64,000 bases of DNA from Eledone cirrhosa (GCA_964016885.1 OZ024756.1:12276001-12340000); one strand, 5' to 3'; counted from the stretch's first letter, positions 36,205 through 54,844 are shown. Numbers and translations: made by a program. Notes: generated by a model not told the origin, from the letters alone.

Positions 36205-37372
36205 AGTAGTTGTTACTGTTGTAGTGTTGTGGTAGTTAGTGTTGTAGCAGTGTTGTTGGGGTTAGTGTTGTGGTGGTTAGTGTTGTGGTGGTTAGTGTTG
36301 AGGTGGTTAGTGTTGAGGTGGTTAGTGTTGTGGTGGTTAGTGTTGTGGTGGTTAGTGTTGTAGTGGTTAGTGTTGTGGTGGTTAATGTTGTGGTGGTTAA
36401 TATTGTGGTGGTTAATATTGTGGTGGTTAGTGTTGTTGTGTTTAGTGCTGTGGTGGTTAGTGTTGTTGTGTTTAGTGTTGTGGTGGTTAGTGTTGTAGTG
36501 GTTAGTGTTGTGGTGGTTAGTGTTGTGGTGGTTAGTGTTGTGGTGGTTAGTGTTGTGGTGTTTAGTGTTGTGGTGGTTAATGTTGTGGTGGTTAGTGTTG
36601 TGGTGGTTAGTGTTGTTGTGTTTAGTGTTGTGGTGGTTAGTGTTGTAGTGGTTAGTGTTGTGGTGGTTAGTGTTGTGGTGGTTACTGTTGTGGTGGTTAA
36701 TATTGTGGTGGTTAGTGTTGTAGTGTTGTTGTGGTTAGTGTTGTGTTTAGCGTTGTTGTGGTTAATATTGTGGTGGTTAGTGTTGTAGTGTTGTTGTGGT
36801 TAGTGTTGTGTTTAGTGTTGTTGTGGTTAATATTGTGGTGGTTAGTGTTGTAGTGTTGTTGTGTTTAGTGTTGTGGTTAGTGTTGTTGTTGTAGTAGTGT
36901 TGTTGTGGTTAGTGTTGTTGTTGTAGTAGTGTTGTTGTGGTTAGTGTTGTTGTGGTTAGTGTTGTAGTGTTGTTGTTGTAGCAGTGTTGTTGTGGTTAGT
37001 GTTGTAGTGTTGTTGTTGCAGCAGTGTTGTTGTGGTTAGTGTTGTAGTGTTGTTGTTGTTGTTGTAGCAGTGTTGTTGTGGTTAGTGTTGTGGTGGTTAG
37101 TGTTGTTGTGGTTATAGTTGTTGTAGTTATAGTTGTTGTTACTGTTGTAGCAGTGTTGTTGTGGTTAGTGTTGTAGTAGTTATAGTTGTTGAAGTGTTGT
37201 TGTGTTGTGTTAGTGTTGTTGTTATTGTGTTAGTGTTTTTGTTGTAGTGTTGTTGTTGTAGTGTTGTTGATGTTGTTGTGGTTATTGTGGTTATTGTTTT
37301 TGTTATAGTGTTGTTGTTGTTGTGTTGATGTTGTTGTTGTAGCGCTGTTGTTTTTGTTGTTGTAGTGGTGTT
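36205..37372. repeat. 15-bp G/T minisatellite (GTGGTGGTTAGTGTT)n decaying into (GTT)n
   Basis: Direct reading; explains the poly-V/S ORF. Confidence 0.92.
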
Positions 37373-37390
37373 TTTGAGGGTATTATATTA

Positions 37391-37580
37391 GGGCGGTGGA
37401 CTGGCAGTATCGGTAGAGCGTCGGACACCATGCTTTGTAGCATAAAGTTGTGGCCCTTTAAATTCTGAGTTCAAATCCCACTGAAGTTAACCTTGCCTCT
37501 CATCCATACGGTTCGATAAAATAAAGTACCAGTAATACACTGGGATAATTCCTATCAGTGTACCAAAAGTAAAAACATTT
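37391..37580 (+). mobile_element. Full-length-looking SINE family A copy
   Basis: GGCGGTGGACTGGCAGTATCGG head, GAGTTCAAATCC, AT-rich tail. Confidence 0.78.
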
Positions 37581-37937
37581 AGTATTGGTGGTAGTAATAG
37601 TGTTAATATAGTTTATAATATGTCTGTTATATTCTATTTTCCTATTTCTTTTCTTACCCGTCGGTGATAATAATATATGTTTTCATATTGTTCGTTGTTG
37701 ATATTGAAGATATATTTCTTATGTTTGTCGTTTTTATGTCAACAAATAACAATCACCAGACAGGGGATTAGCAGCCCCGTAAGAACGGTAGATAGTATAC
37801 TTTGTGGTTTCGCCTATACGAGCTTTGATTTCAAAACCCGACGAGGTTAGTATTGCATTTTATCATTTCGGCGTTGATAAAAACGTAGTAGTCCAGTACT
37901 AAGGTAGGTTCCTCTTAAATGTCATTTCTTCCTGTCC

Positions 37938-37997
<60 letters not shown>

Positions 37998-38309
37998 TTA
38001 ATAATAAATATGAAGACTAAAATCCAAAGAGGGCTCGATAAAGATAAATATATATCAAATATATAAGAACCCTAGAGCAAATATTTATTAAAATAACAGA
38101 TTAAAGTTTAAGCAAAGAATCGCTATTTTCACCCTTAACGAAGATCCCGTTAAGGATGAAAGCAGCGATTCTTCGCTTAAACTTTAATCTGTTATTTTAA
38201 TATATATATATATATGTAGAGGTTATATTTAATTTGTTGAGTGGCCCTTGAAATATGTATAATGAAATAAATATGGTTTCATAAATATAGTTTCCATTTG
38301 TTAATATAT

Positions 38310-38365
<56 letters not shown>

Positions 38366-38518
38366 ATATACATATATAAAGATGAAAATGCGAAGTTGAA
38401 GATATTAGGGTCCATCTTTATTTATATACTCCGTCATCCTTGTTTTTAGGAAGTAATATGACGTTGAGTGCTAGAAATGAATTGATCCCTGTATAGCGAA
38501 TGTGTGTGTATATATAAC

Positions 38519-38707
<189 letters not shown>

Positions 38708-41700
38708 CTGTGTATATCGTTAAACTTTGAGTGTTAATTGTCATAGCAAAGTGCTTTCGTCACAAACTTGTGGTCTCCACAGTTACTATTCTTGTCATGG
38801 TGTGCCTTATTTCTTCTATTTTACACTATCCATATAGAAATAAATATGTGAGACAATGTGAGTATTAATGTGGCAACGAGACGTGTAAACTAGTTAGTTA
38901 ATATAAAGTCATGACATGAAAGCAATCTTTCTCCTAGGTATCAAATTAAAACAATCAAAATTAGAGACATATATTGATCGATAGATAAAGAAAGATTAGA
39001 TCTCATGTTATCTAACACGCTTGTTTAATTTCAGTATTTGTTCCACACTTAAGGGTTAACGATGTTTTCTGTATGTTAGATATTATGTCTCTTAATATAG
39101 CAGAGATTAAACATTTGGATGAGAATGAATTTGTAATCTGATCCATCTGTTATTGAAACCCAATATATATTGTGTGATTAAACTAGAGTATATGCGAATG
39201 AGGTATAAATAATGCTTTCAATTACAAATAATCAGCATCGCTGTATACACCATAAATATAGAAATATAAAAGAGAAAAATAACAAAGAAATCCTGGAAAA
39301 GAAACAAAGAGAGAAAATAAAATGAATTAATGGAATCTTAGACGTATTTTAGTGAGCTTCTCGAAATATAGGTTTTGATTAGCACACAACAGTAGATATA
39401 ATAACTTGTCTGTTTGTCCAAGATGACTTTCTCGTTAGATTCTTTCCTATTTCTTATACTTGTGGTATTTACATTCAGTGTTGAGATAATTACACTGCGC
39501 AATTATCTTTATCTATATACCAGTTATCAATTTTCATCATCGTTCTTATAAATGCTGTAGGCATCTTACCAAGTTTCTACGATTCTTAATTAGCTTTCTA
39601 TTGAAGGGACATGCCCCATTGTTGGGAAGTTTATACATACATCGCAAACCTGTTTTCTAGCCTCAAAGATGTACAAACAGCGTGAGCGTTGGTCGTGTGT
39701 TGCATATAAATTATTTGGAAACTATTTGTAAATATTTCTAAATATAAATTGTTGTGGAATATATGTCCATTTATTGTTTACTGTTAAATGCAAATAACCA
39801 CAGTATTTTCTTTTCATAAAATTACTCACATGACACGAAACTTGTCAAATTCGTTCTCATTGTATTTTAGAAGGTTCTAGTTGATGATTGTGGTTCAGAT
39901 TTTTGGTTGAATATATGTGCGAAACAGCTTATAAGAGGGTACTTGTGAAGTCTTAACTGTATTAAAGATTAACGTTTTAATTTGTTTTCCTATACGTAAA
40001 TTCTAAATATTTTATGAGTACATAAGCTTATGACGGAGAAGAAATATATTTATAGATTTACTTTCCTTCTTCTACAGTTCTACTGATTTCAAACACATTA
40101 GGTAAAAAGTAACGATGACTTTTTATAGCAAGATACATTCATTTCTTATTAAAAAGGAAATATTTCGGTACCGCAAACCTTTCTAGTGTTGCATATAGCA
40201 GCAACAACAACTTTCACACGTACAGGTGTTTTGCCAAAAACAATTCTATAACGTTCACCATAAAAAGATATAAGAAAGAACGTTAAACTTTGGTTCGTTA
40301 CTTTGGCGTTAGAATATAGAAAGTTGTTTAATGCTGATTGGATAAGATCTGGTGACATATACTTAGGTGGGATCTCATTGGGAACGAGAGACCAGATAGT
40401 CCTCGAAAACAATATTATTTTCCAGAACTGTACCATGTATTGAGTACGGAGATTAATGCATTAAATTAAGTCATGTACGACAAACATTCCAGCAGATGCG
40501 TTGACCAGATAAGGTTTCTAAGTTGGAGAACAGCTTACGGACACAATATGTTCAGGTTTGAAGTATATAAACATTCTACAATTTGGTAGAGATTCTTTTG
40601 GAAATATATCAAAATGAACAACGACATTTCCAGCATTAGGAAAGATTGTGGAATGTTTCGTTCACGACGGGATATTTTGTTTGTTATGTTATGATTTTAG
40701 AGGCGTTGACGGGATGTACAGGGCGGCAGATCTTCGAGGGGTAGCTGATACAGTTAGCTATTTATTTATTAGATGCTCTAAACATAAATACGAATATAAT
40801 CATGCTGCCAAATTCGAGATGGAAATATGAAACTTTGCTTCTGAAAATAAGTCTGGTATATCATCGATCTCGTTGGAACACTGGTAAATACATACATACA
40901 TTGTGTGTCTATTGAGCTTGTACTTTATCGAGCTGAGAAAATGACAAACAAAGTTGACATTGGCAGTATTTGCAGAGAGCCGGAACGAAAAAGCGTAAAG
41001 TATTGCAGCCGACATTCTAACGACTTCGCCACATCGACGCTTATATATATTCAGACATACGCATATTAAAAATAATTGAACACAGCAGCAGAACTTGAAA
41101 GCAGATTATTCATATTTATTGTTGAATTCGGTTTGAGATAATCCTTGCATTTATTAGAAAGAAACAATATACATTTATGTCTTTGCTACGAGAATATATT
41201 AAACATGTTGACATATAGGCAAATATTTGCATGCATATAGCATTAAGAGATTTATATGCAGTTTATAAAATTAGCCACACGCATACACAGATGTATGTGT
41301 GCGTGTGCGTGTGTAAGCAGTGATTTGAAACATATTTCAATTCAATATATAAATATATATATATATATATATATGTTCGTGTAAAAGTTTTTAGCTATAT
41401 ATATAAGTATATATACAAATATATACATATATAAAGATATACATATATTTATTTATATATTTATATATATATATATATATATATATACGTATTTGAAAGG
41501 CAAACATATATATGGCTCATATAAGTTTGCTTGCATGCATGTTTAAATGTCACTTTTATCTTACATGTATGTACATACAGTCTGTCTAATAGTGTGTTTG
41601 TAGCTATTCACACGAATACGTCCGAACGAACAGTCACTCATTGATAATACTTCCTACTCTCTTTTTTATTTCCCACTTTGTCTATCGTTCCTCATATTTT

Positions 41701-42115
41701 TTTCTTCATCCACGATTTACTTTTTATGCTGGATTCAGCACACAACTATAAAGACATACAGGAATACCGTTTGTAGTTCTATGTATAGCTATTTGAAATG
41801 CTTACTGCAATATATGTAATATAAATATTTCTTTCACGTAATTCAGTTTCCAACGACATTATAATTCATGCACTGTTTTTCTTCCTTCTGCTATTTATTG
41901 CTCATGAAATATACTATTGTTACACGTTTGGGTTCTGTTCTTTTTTTAACCCTGTTTCAGCAGATTTTTTTTTTTTTATCAAATACATTCTAGCTATGAT
42001 AAGCCCGTTGGACCTCCGTCGGGTTACCCGATGAGTGTTTCAGATTTTTGATAAAATAAACACCCTTTCCATGAAACTACCGAGTGGTCTTTTACCACAC
42101 ACACACACACACACA

Positions 42116-42169
42116 GGGCTTTCCTGATGATTTCCTACGAATGAAACAGTTATAGTCCTGTAGAAGCCT
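42116..42169 (+). ncRNA. Type I hammerhead ribozyme motif
   Basis: GGGCTTTC-CTGATGA-T-TTC-CTAC-GAA-T-GAAA-CAG-TTATAGTC-CTG-TA/GAAGCCT; stem I with one bulge, GUA site. Confidence 0.65.
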
Positions 42170-42789
42170 TTTCTATATTAAATTTTGTACATATTCTATG
42201 TACTGAGCCCCTTACTGACTGTGGTTAACTCCGACTGAACCCGAGACACACACTCACACACAGACACACAGTCCCCTCAATCTATCTTATTTCTCATTCT
42301 TTTTTCAGATGAAGGACTAGCGTCCGAAGTGTTAAGTCCCTCTTCCTGCTATATCAAACGTTAACCTAATATATCCCTTCCATATACTGTAACGATTGTG
42401 TTATTTCTGTTTACCTTTTACATACATGCAAACATACATACATACATACATACATACATAAAATATTATTTTCAATAGAGAATCATTGTAATCTATTGTA
42501 TAAACCAAATTGTTAGGAAGTTGCATAGAAAACAGTCTCGGCAGACAAATACAAAATAGATTTTGCGAAGCCAATTCGGCTTATGTTTCTTCTTGAAATA
42601 CATTAAAATGTAAAGTACAGATTTATAAATTTGAAATCACTGACTTATCTAATTAATCCCATTGAAATTCTATAGTCATTGAATATTGCATTCTACGCAA
42701 AAAAGTTGAAACAAAGTCTCTTTCTGTAAGCTAAAATTTGAAAATTTCATTGGAACAAAACATGATTAATATTTTATGTAGTAACCAAT

Positions 42790-47743
<4,954 letters not shown>

Positions 47744-48353
47744 ATGGTGGCTGCCATCTCCTTTTCGAGTACGGCCACTACTTTATATCCATGTAGGAGA
47801 ACCCCTACCAATGCGCTGAACGAGTGTGAATTTTTAGTCCAGCCAGCAACTTGAAAACTCTGGTACAAAGACTACACTTGTAACAATTATTGACACATAG
47901 TGCTGGGCCCATGGTACCATGTGACGACAAGGGCAGAGAGATCTCCAGATATAAAGCAATGCTTGTGCCGTGAAGCTTTTATAGAGAGGAAAGGCACTGC
48001 ACAAAGCCAGTCCCACTCTCTTAACCAAGATGATATTTACCAAAAAGAAGAACAAGTCAACATCATTGGATACCATCAGGGTTGCAGGTGTTATATCAGA
48101 GTTTTCCTTCTCCTAGTATTCTGCCTTGACAAAGGCTAAGGGGTCATCTCTCCCGGTGATTTTGGATGGCCATTGACTCTTAAGAGCTCCTTTGTCCTTT
48201 GACAGGTTTTGTTTTTAGTCCTGCAGGATGTCCAAAATCACCTTCCTCACCAAGAAACCTTGGTGGGGTTGCCAGTTTAGTCGCCAACGTCCCGACCATG
48301 AGACAGGTTGTACTGGGATACATGTTACCAGTAGCACCAACTGGTGACCTGAC

Positions 48354-48354
<1 letters not shown>
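47744..48354 (-). mobile_element. ~610-bp bipartite RTE-derived non-autonomous element, copy 1
   Basis: Same ends as copies at 57430-58040 and 61134-61742; 3' part encodes a relic C2H2 finger; flanked by (TA)n. Confidence 0.75.
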
Positions 48355-48377
<23 letters not shown>

Positions 48378-48385
<8 letters not shown>

Positions 48386-49030
48386 TGAGATGGGAGACTA
48401 AGCATAAGAGGTATCAAATGTTGTGTTCTGGAGAGGAGACTGCGTTGGTATGGACATGTGATGCGTATGAAGGACGACAGTTGTATAAAAAGGTGCAGGG
48501 CAATGAAAATTGATGGAAGCTACAGAGTGAGTAGACCAAGAAAAACCTGGGACGAGGTGATAAAAACTGACCTTGCTCACCTACACCTCTCTAAGACAAT
48601 GTCACTGGATTGAGACCTTTGGCGCCATGCAGTTGTGCAGAAGTCCCGACTGCCATTGCATACAAACCTACAGTCAGTAGGCACCTCTTAACTCAATATA
48701 CACCCCACCACACACCCTGCCCCACCCTCCCTCTCCCATTTCGTCCACTGTGTCGATGACACAACAGTCCACACTGTAAGGTGGCCATGTAGGAGACACG
48801 AGAAAAAGGCTCCCAGTCCACACTGTAAGGTGGCCGTGTAGGAGACACGGTAAAAAGGCACCCAGTACACACTGTAAAGGTGCTTGGTGTTAGGAAGGGC
48901 ATCCAGCTGTAAAAAACATGCCAGAGACACTTCTGCACGAGCGAGTCTACCGACCATTCCCGCATCAAATGGAACAAAACTGTCTAACCCATGCTAGCGT
49001 GGAAAATGGACATTAAACGACGATGATGAT
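48378..49030 (+). mobile_element. RTE LINE 3' fragment with (GAT)n tail
   Basis: Encodes [17 protein letters not shown]...RPRKTW, homologous to the 59113-59400(-) region; 48-bp 3' UTR repeats. Confidence 0.85.
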
Positions 49031-49643
49031 ATATATATATTTTTTGTTATATATTTATACATATACAGAATTACACATACACTTACATAAAAATATACAC
49101 AATGGCCAAAAAAAATTTAAATAGCTCTGTAGAAAATATAGAGCCCTCTTCTTTCCTTTACCTTTTGTATGGAAATATATAACATATATATATTGTTATA
49201 CTTTGGGAGGGTCATGTTGCCAATAAAAACACTCATCTGCCAGTTTTCACTTCAACTTATTATAAGTTTCTTGTTGTTGGTTGGTTCGATAACTGGAAGG
49301 CTGTTTGTATATTGTCGAGGCTCTTTCATCACACATTCTGTGACTAGGCTTTTATTTTTGAGTGTCTCTCCTTTGTTCTGTCCTACACCATCTTGTTTTC
49401 ATGTTGTGTGCTTAGTTTGCGCACGCGTTACATCCAGGTGTGCGTGTGCGTGTGGTTATTTGTGTTTATTTATAGTTCTATCTGATTTCTTTTATGTGTG
49501 TCTGTATGTCTTCATTCTGTCCTTAATTACTAGTTGTGATGTTTATTCCACTCATGTTTTCTGTTTAATTTTGGTTGGAGTTCATTTGTAGTTGTTGCCT
49601 CTGTGATTTGTCTGATCATTGCCTCTAAATACACATATATATG

Positions 49644-49674
<31 letters not shown>

Positions 49675-52600
49675 GTGTGTGTTTATGTATGTATAAATAT
49701 ACTAAGAGGAGAACTATTCTTTCTAGACCACAGGCTGTGGTTTAGGAAGATTTGTTGTTTCTACAGTTAAGGCAGAGGTCACAAACCACAGGGCCGCGGA
49801 TCATTTGCTACTGAGCCACAAAGAAATAATAAGCCTGTCTAAAATTGTATAATTTAAAAAGATCTACAGTAGTCAAAAGATTTGAGGATATTTTACTTCA
49901 GACTTTTCTCTTATTCAAATGCTATTTCTACATTTCCTTGCTTCTACATATGTATACATAATTACATGTAAATCATGTACATATAAGCTGTTTTTACTTT
50001 TTAAGAACTAGGATATTTCCATTTTTATATTATCAAAAAATTATATTTTTAGTTCCCTTATGGTAAACCGTAGGGTGCAGTAAATCATACAAAAGATGCC
50101 TCCAGATCTGCAATGAAGGCAAAGTTATGTATATATTTGCCGAACCACATCTCTTAGCTTTCTCTCCATTTCAAAGAGTTCTGTAAAATAAATATTTATG
50201 TATATTGTACTAAATAGTTTCTCTTATATTCTCGGCTCCGTAATCATTGTAGAATTCTAAGACATTATGTAATGTTTTCTAGCATAGTTACATCCCTTTA
50301 CGATCTGAGTTCAAATCCCGCGGGGATTAACTTTGCCTTTCATCCTTACGGGGTCGATAAAATAAAGTACCAGTAATGCACTGAGATAGTTGCTGGCCAA
50401 ATGTAGAAACAGTTATTTCTATTATAAGTCGGAAAAGGAATTAAGTGTTTCAAATTAAATACAAAAAGATAAAGATAAAGGGAGATAACTCTAAAAAGCT
50501 TCCCTTAGAAACGCAAAATTCATTGAAAGTAAAATGCGTTAAGATTTGTTAAACTGTTAGTAAAAGAAGCCTTAATTCTTAAAAAATCTTTCCGAAACCA
50601 GTAAAATAAAATGGCTTATTTTCCAGGGGTCGTCTTATATGCCGGCAAATAAGGTAACATTAGACTTCTATAACAATCCCATCATGTCAACATTTGGAGC
50701 AAAAATTCACTTATCTGCCAACATTAAGAGTTAAACAGGTTTTCCAACTACCACTTTTTATATTGTAAAAGTATTTTAATACAATGAATTTAAGAAAGTT
50801 TCTCAGTAAAGCGGAATATAAGGACTTATACGTTAGAATAATTTTAGTAACTTACATAATTTTTTCTGATCAAGAAAGGTATGTCAGCATTTTGAACAAA
50901 TTTATATCCTGTTGTAAAACTGCCTCGTATTTTCTATTAAATGCCATAATGTAGAAAATCCAGTGGACAAATATAAAATGTGAACTTCAGAACTGCCCGA
51001 TAAACAAATTTTAGAAAAACGCTTCTTTATAAAAGCGTTAAAAAGGTAAAAAAAAAAATGCACTCTGAGTGACCAAACAATTACTTGGTCACTCAGAATA
51101 CATTAGGTTACATCAAATAAAAATCTTTTTTGATTTGCTTTGATAACAATGTTATTTTAGCGAAATAGATAAAAATACTGTTATAAAAATACATTTCAAC
51201 ATGTACTTTATTTATGTTAATGTAACAAAGGCCCTTTCTAAGTTTTAAAATTAACTATCATTGTTATACATCTTTAAAAACTGGTAATCAAGGATGTATT
51301 CTTCATTTTACAATTTCCGAAGCATATGGAAAAGTAAATTATTTAAGAGTATCTTAAAATAAAACATTTTGCTCAATTTGCAGACAAGACAATTTGCTGC
51401 AAAAGTTCTAGGTAAAATTTAGATTCATCCATTAAAAATATTATTTAAGGCAAGTCATTCATATTTTTATAATAATAAATCAGCAATTATCCCAGTAATT
51501 TATTTTATTAAACCCATTAAGGACCGTAACTTTATGCTGCAAAGCATGGTGTGCCATCCTTTTCTCATACTGCCAATATTCTCTTTAATAAAATTGTAAA
51601 TACAAAGTCAAATTTGTAACTGTAAAATAATTAGCAGCCCATTTAATAACATTTTTTATACCTAACATTAATAGTAAATTAAGAACCTTAGAAAAGTTCT
51701 TTGTTACATTAACATAAATAAAGTATATTATGTTTTGGTAAAATGTATTTAGATAGACATTATTTTTGTTCAAATAACATTGGTATCAAAGCAAATAAAA
51801 AAGAGTTTCTATTCGTGCTAAAAGAAATTTTTTGAAGGTTACTCAGAATAAATTTTTTTCTTTACCAGTTTTACTACTCTTTTACAAAGAAGCCTTCTTC
51901 TGAAATTTATGACTATAAAAAAACCTTAAAAATCTTTGACTTAAAAAAATGTAATTTACATCTTACGGCTTCCAAAGCAAACTTGTAACTGTGACAGCAA
52001 ATTTTTATTTTGAGAATATTTTAAAATATGTTTTGCTACTTTGAAAATTTACCATGGTTTAAACGCCGACTCATCTATACATGTTTTGTCTAAAATTGCC
52101 GTATATTGTCGACCCTTGTAAAATAAGCCGTTTTCTACATTACATCATTTAATAGATAGTAAGAGGCAGTTTTACAGTGTATTACCAGTGCTTTGCATTT
52201 GGCATATCAGCTAAACACTGGTTTCGGAGAGATTTTTTGTTTCAAATGCTGACATTTTTTATCAGAAAAAATTGTTTAGAAAGTTAACTAAATCTATTCT
52301 GGTGTATACAAGGATATTCTGTTAAATATATTTTATTAAAATTCTTTATATTTGGATTTCAAAGTTCTGGCATTTTTAACTTTAAATTAAGTATGAAAAT
52401 TGGGTTCTAAATTTTACCTTAGAACTTAGTTCAAATCGACATGTATGCCCCAGAAAATATGTTTTAGTCATTCAGATAAAAAATATCTTCAATTGCTTTG
52501 TATAACCTGGTATGCCAGGTTATACAAATGGAGCAAAATGTTATATTTTAAGATATTGTCAAAATATTAATTCTTTGAGATACAAATTTACTTTTTAAAC

Positions 52601-53058
52601 TTTAAAATCTGCAGCACATTTTTTAAAGATAAATCTAAAGCAATTGAAGATCTTTTTCATCTGAGTGACTAAAACATATTTTCTGGGAAAGTAAAAGTAA
52701 AAGATGGCCTGTAAAAATACCCATTTGTTGGTTAATAATTCAAATTATTATTTACAGTAAGATGACCCCTTTTATTCTCTACATTATGGGATCAAATAAA
52801 AAGTGAGAGTAGAGTGTACGAGTATTTGACAGACAGTTTTACATTTGATTGACTTTTACAAGTGCTCGATTTGCCATATTCATTTAACTAACAAATAGTT
52901 AGTCGCTCTACATGGCTGAATACAATAAATGTAATCTGAGTTTTTCGAATATTAATAATAATATGCGATTCATTTGCAATTATGCAAACATCCTCTTTTT
53001 AAGCCGTGTCAGTAGAATGAACCCATCATTCTTGCTCTTGTGTTGGCATGTAAACAGA

Positions 53059-53105
53059 ACTGCAGACACTAATGTTTCTGGGTGATTACCCTTCATCAGT
53101 ACAGT
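53059..53105 (-). ncRNA. Type I hammerhead ribozyme
   Basis: ACTGTA-CTGATGA-A-GGGT-AATC-ACCC-A-GAAA-CA-TTAG-TG-TC/TGCAGT: all three stems present, GUC site. Confidence 0.8.
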
Positions 53106-53608
53106 ATACTGATTACCTGCCAACTGTCAGAGCTAGAGAAAATATGACATTTTCTAAAACATACAGTGACTGGTCGGCCTAATTTGCATATTAACAGACC
53201 CACTGATCACAGTCCCCCCACCCACAAACACAGTAACTCCCTACACAATGATACACTCCCCCTCCCCGCACACACAGTAACCCCTACACAATGATACACC
53301 CTCCCACACACAGACATCTATGTTTGGATATATGTCTAACCCATGCTAGCGTGGAAGATAGACGTTAAACGAAAATAATGATGATGATGATGATGATGAT
53401 GATATAAATGTGGAAAGAAAAAATACATCTCATAGAGTTTATTTATTTATTTATTAATTCATTTGAAACTAATGATTCCGACCATCACAAGTCTCGGAGT
53501 TTCTAGCTAAATGTTATCCATCACAAGTCAAGGTGTCTCTTGCAATTCAGGGAGTCTTTTGCTAAATGTCATCCTTCAGGCAAAGGAAAGATAGTTTTGT
53601 GTTCTTGT

Positions 53609-53835
53609 TTAACCTTTTAACATTTAAACCAGCCATATCCGGTCAGAATTCTCTCTTTTTTCTGTTCAAACTGGTTACAACCGGCTGCTCATACTGACAT
53701 TAAGGTATTGTTCTCAAAATAAATAACATCAAAATCTCATAGATTTGGTATCATGTGAGATGATTATGTAATATAAAGCCTTTACCCCCAAAATACAATA
53801 GTATATATAGAGTAATGTAAATGCTAAAGGGTTTA
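53609..53835. mobile_element. piggyBac-like MITE (TTAA-CC... termini); partial copy at 35852-36030
   Basis: Ends TTAACCTTTTAACATTTA / TAAATGCTAAAGGGTTTA are imperfect inverted repeats; body matches 35852-36030. Confidence 0.6.
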
Positions 53836-53954
53836 TGGATGACTGCACGTAGCCAGAACAAACTAAGAAGCAATGGAATAAATGATCAGCTTTCAATAAA
53901 ACAATATATACATAAATATATTTATCACAGTTATATACAGCCTTTTAATTTATG

Positions 53955-54062
53955 TTATTTATGTTCTTCAAAATGTAAATTTAAAGAATCTGCATCTGGG
54001 AAAACATTGTTACACTGAGGGCACTGGTAGTGTTCCACAAATTCATGTTGCATTGCTTCCAT
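53955..54062 (-). CDS. Terminal coding exon (zinc finger) of NEMO/optineurin-like gene
   Basis: Acceptor ...ttgactttacag|ATG; translates MEAMQHEFVEHYQCPQCNNVFPDADSLNLHFEEHK*, resembling the NEMO C-terminal finger CPKC...PDMDTLQIH; phase 0 matches the upstream exon. Confidence 0.75.
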   Translation of the reverse strand: MEAMQHEFVEHYQCPQCNNVFPDADSLNLHFEEHK

Positions 54063-54204
54063 CTGTAAAGTCAATAAGACAAAGAAATGTCAAATATATT
54101 ATGACACAGGATCAAGATCTTTGGTGTTATGCAGTAATACAGAAGACACGCCTTCCCATACGCACAGACTCAAACATACTCCTAGTAAGCACCTCATAAC
54201 CACA

Positions 54205-54615
54205 GTAGCCCACACTGCAAAGAGGTCATGTAGGTGTCACGACAAAAAGCACCCAGCCCACACTACAAAGTGGTCGTGAAGGTGTCACAACAAAAAGCAC
54301 CCAGCCCACACTGTAAAGTGGTCGTGTAGGTGCCACGACAAAAATCACCCAGTCCACACTGTAAAATGGCCGTGTAGGTGTCACAACAAAAAGCACCCAG
54401 CCCACACTGCAAAGTGTTCATGTAGGTGTCACGGCTAAAAACACCCAGCACTCACTGTAAATGTGGTTGGCGTTAAGAAGGGCATCCAGCTGTAGAAATC
54501 TAGCTAGAAAAAGTCCTATACAAATAAGACACAAGCACCTGACCCAACCTACCTCAAATGGGACAACCCATCTAACCCATGCTAGCGTGGAAAATGGACG
54601 ATGATGATGATGATA
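54205..54615 (+). mobile_element. RTE-related 3' UTR fragment with ~5 x 48-bp tandem units and (GAT)n tail
   Basis: Period 48 (54252, 54300, 54348, 54396, 54444); ends CTAACCCATGCTAGCGTGGAAAATGGACGATGATG like ~48984-49030. Confidence 0.75.
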
Positions 54616-54844
54616 ATGATTATACCTGACCATCCATTTTGCATTGTTTTAGCCTTCTTACATGTATCGCTTTCCACATTATATTATAATTGTTTCTACT
54701 ATTAGCACAAGGCCAGCAATTACCCAGTGTATTACTGGTACTTTATTTTATCGACCCCGTAAGGATGAAAGGCAAAGTCAACTTCGGCAGGATTTGAACT
54801 CAGAATGAATACATTTTATTATAATGAATATATATTATAATGAG

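Noticed and set aside
36205-37372. Interstitial telomere or poly-valine protein
   Set aside because: Unit contains GGTTAG but no TTAGGG arrays; the ORF is a by-product of the 15-bp period.
54622-54680. Possible minus-strand exon ending CAG|gtataa
   Set aside because: No acceptor visible before the adjacent SINE and no recognisable protein similarity.
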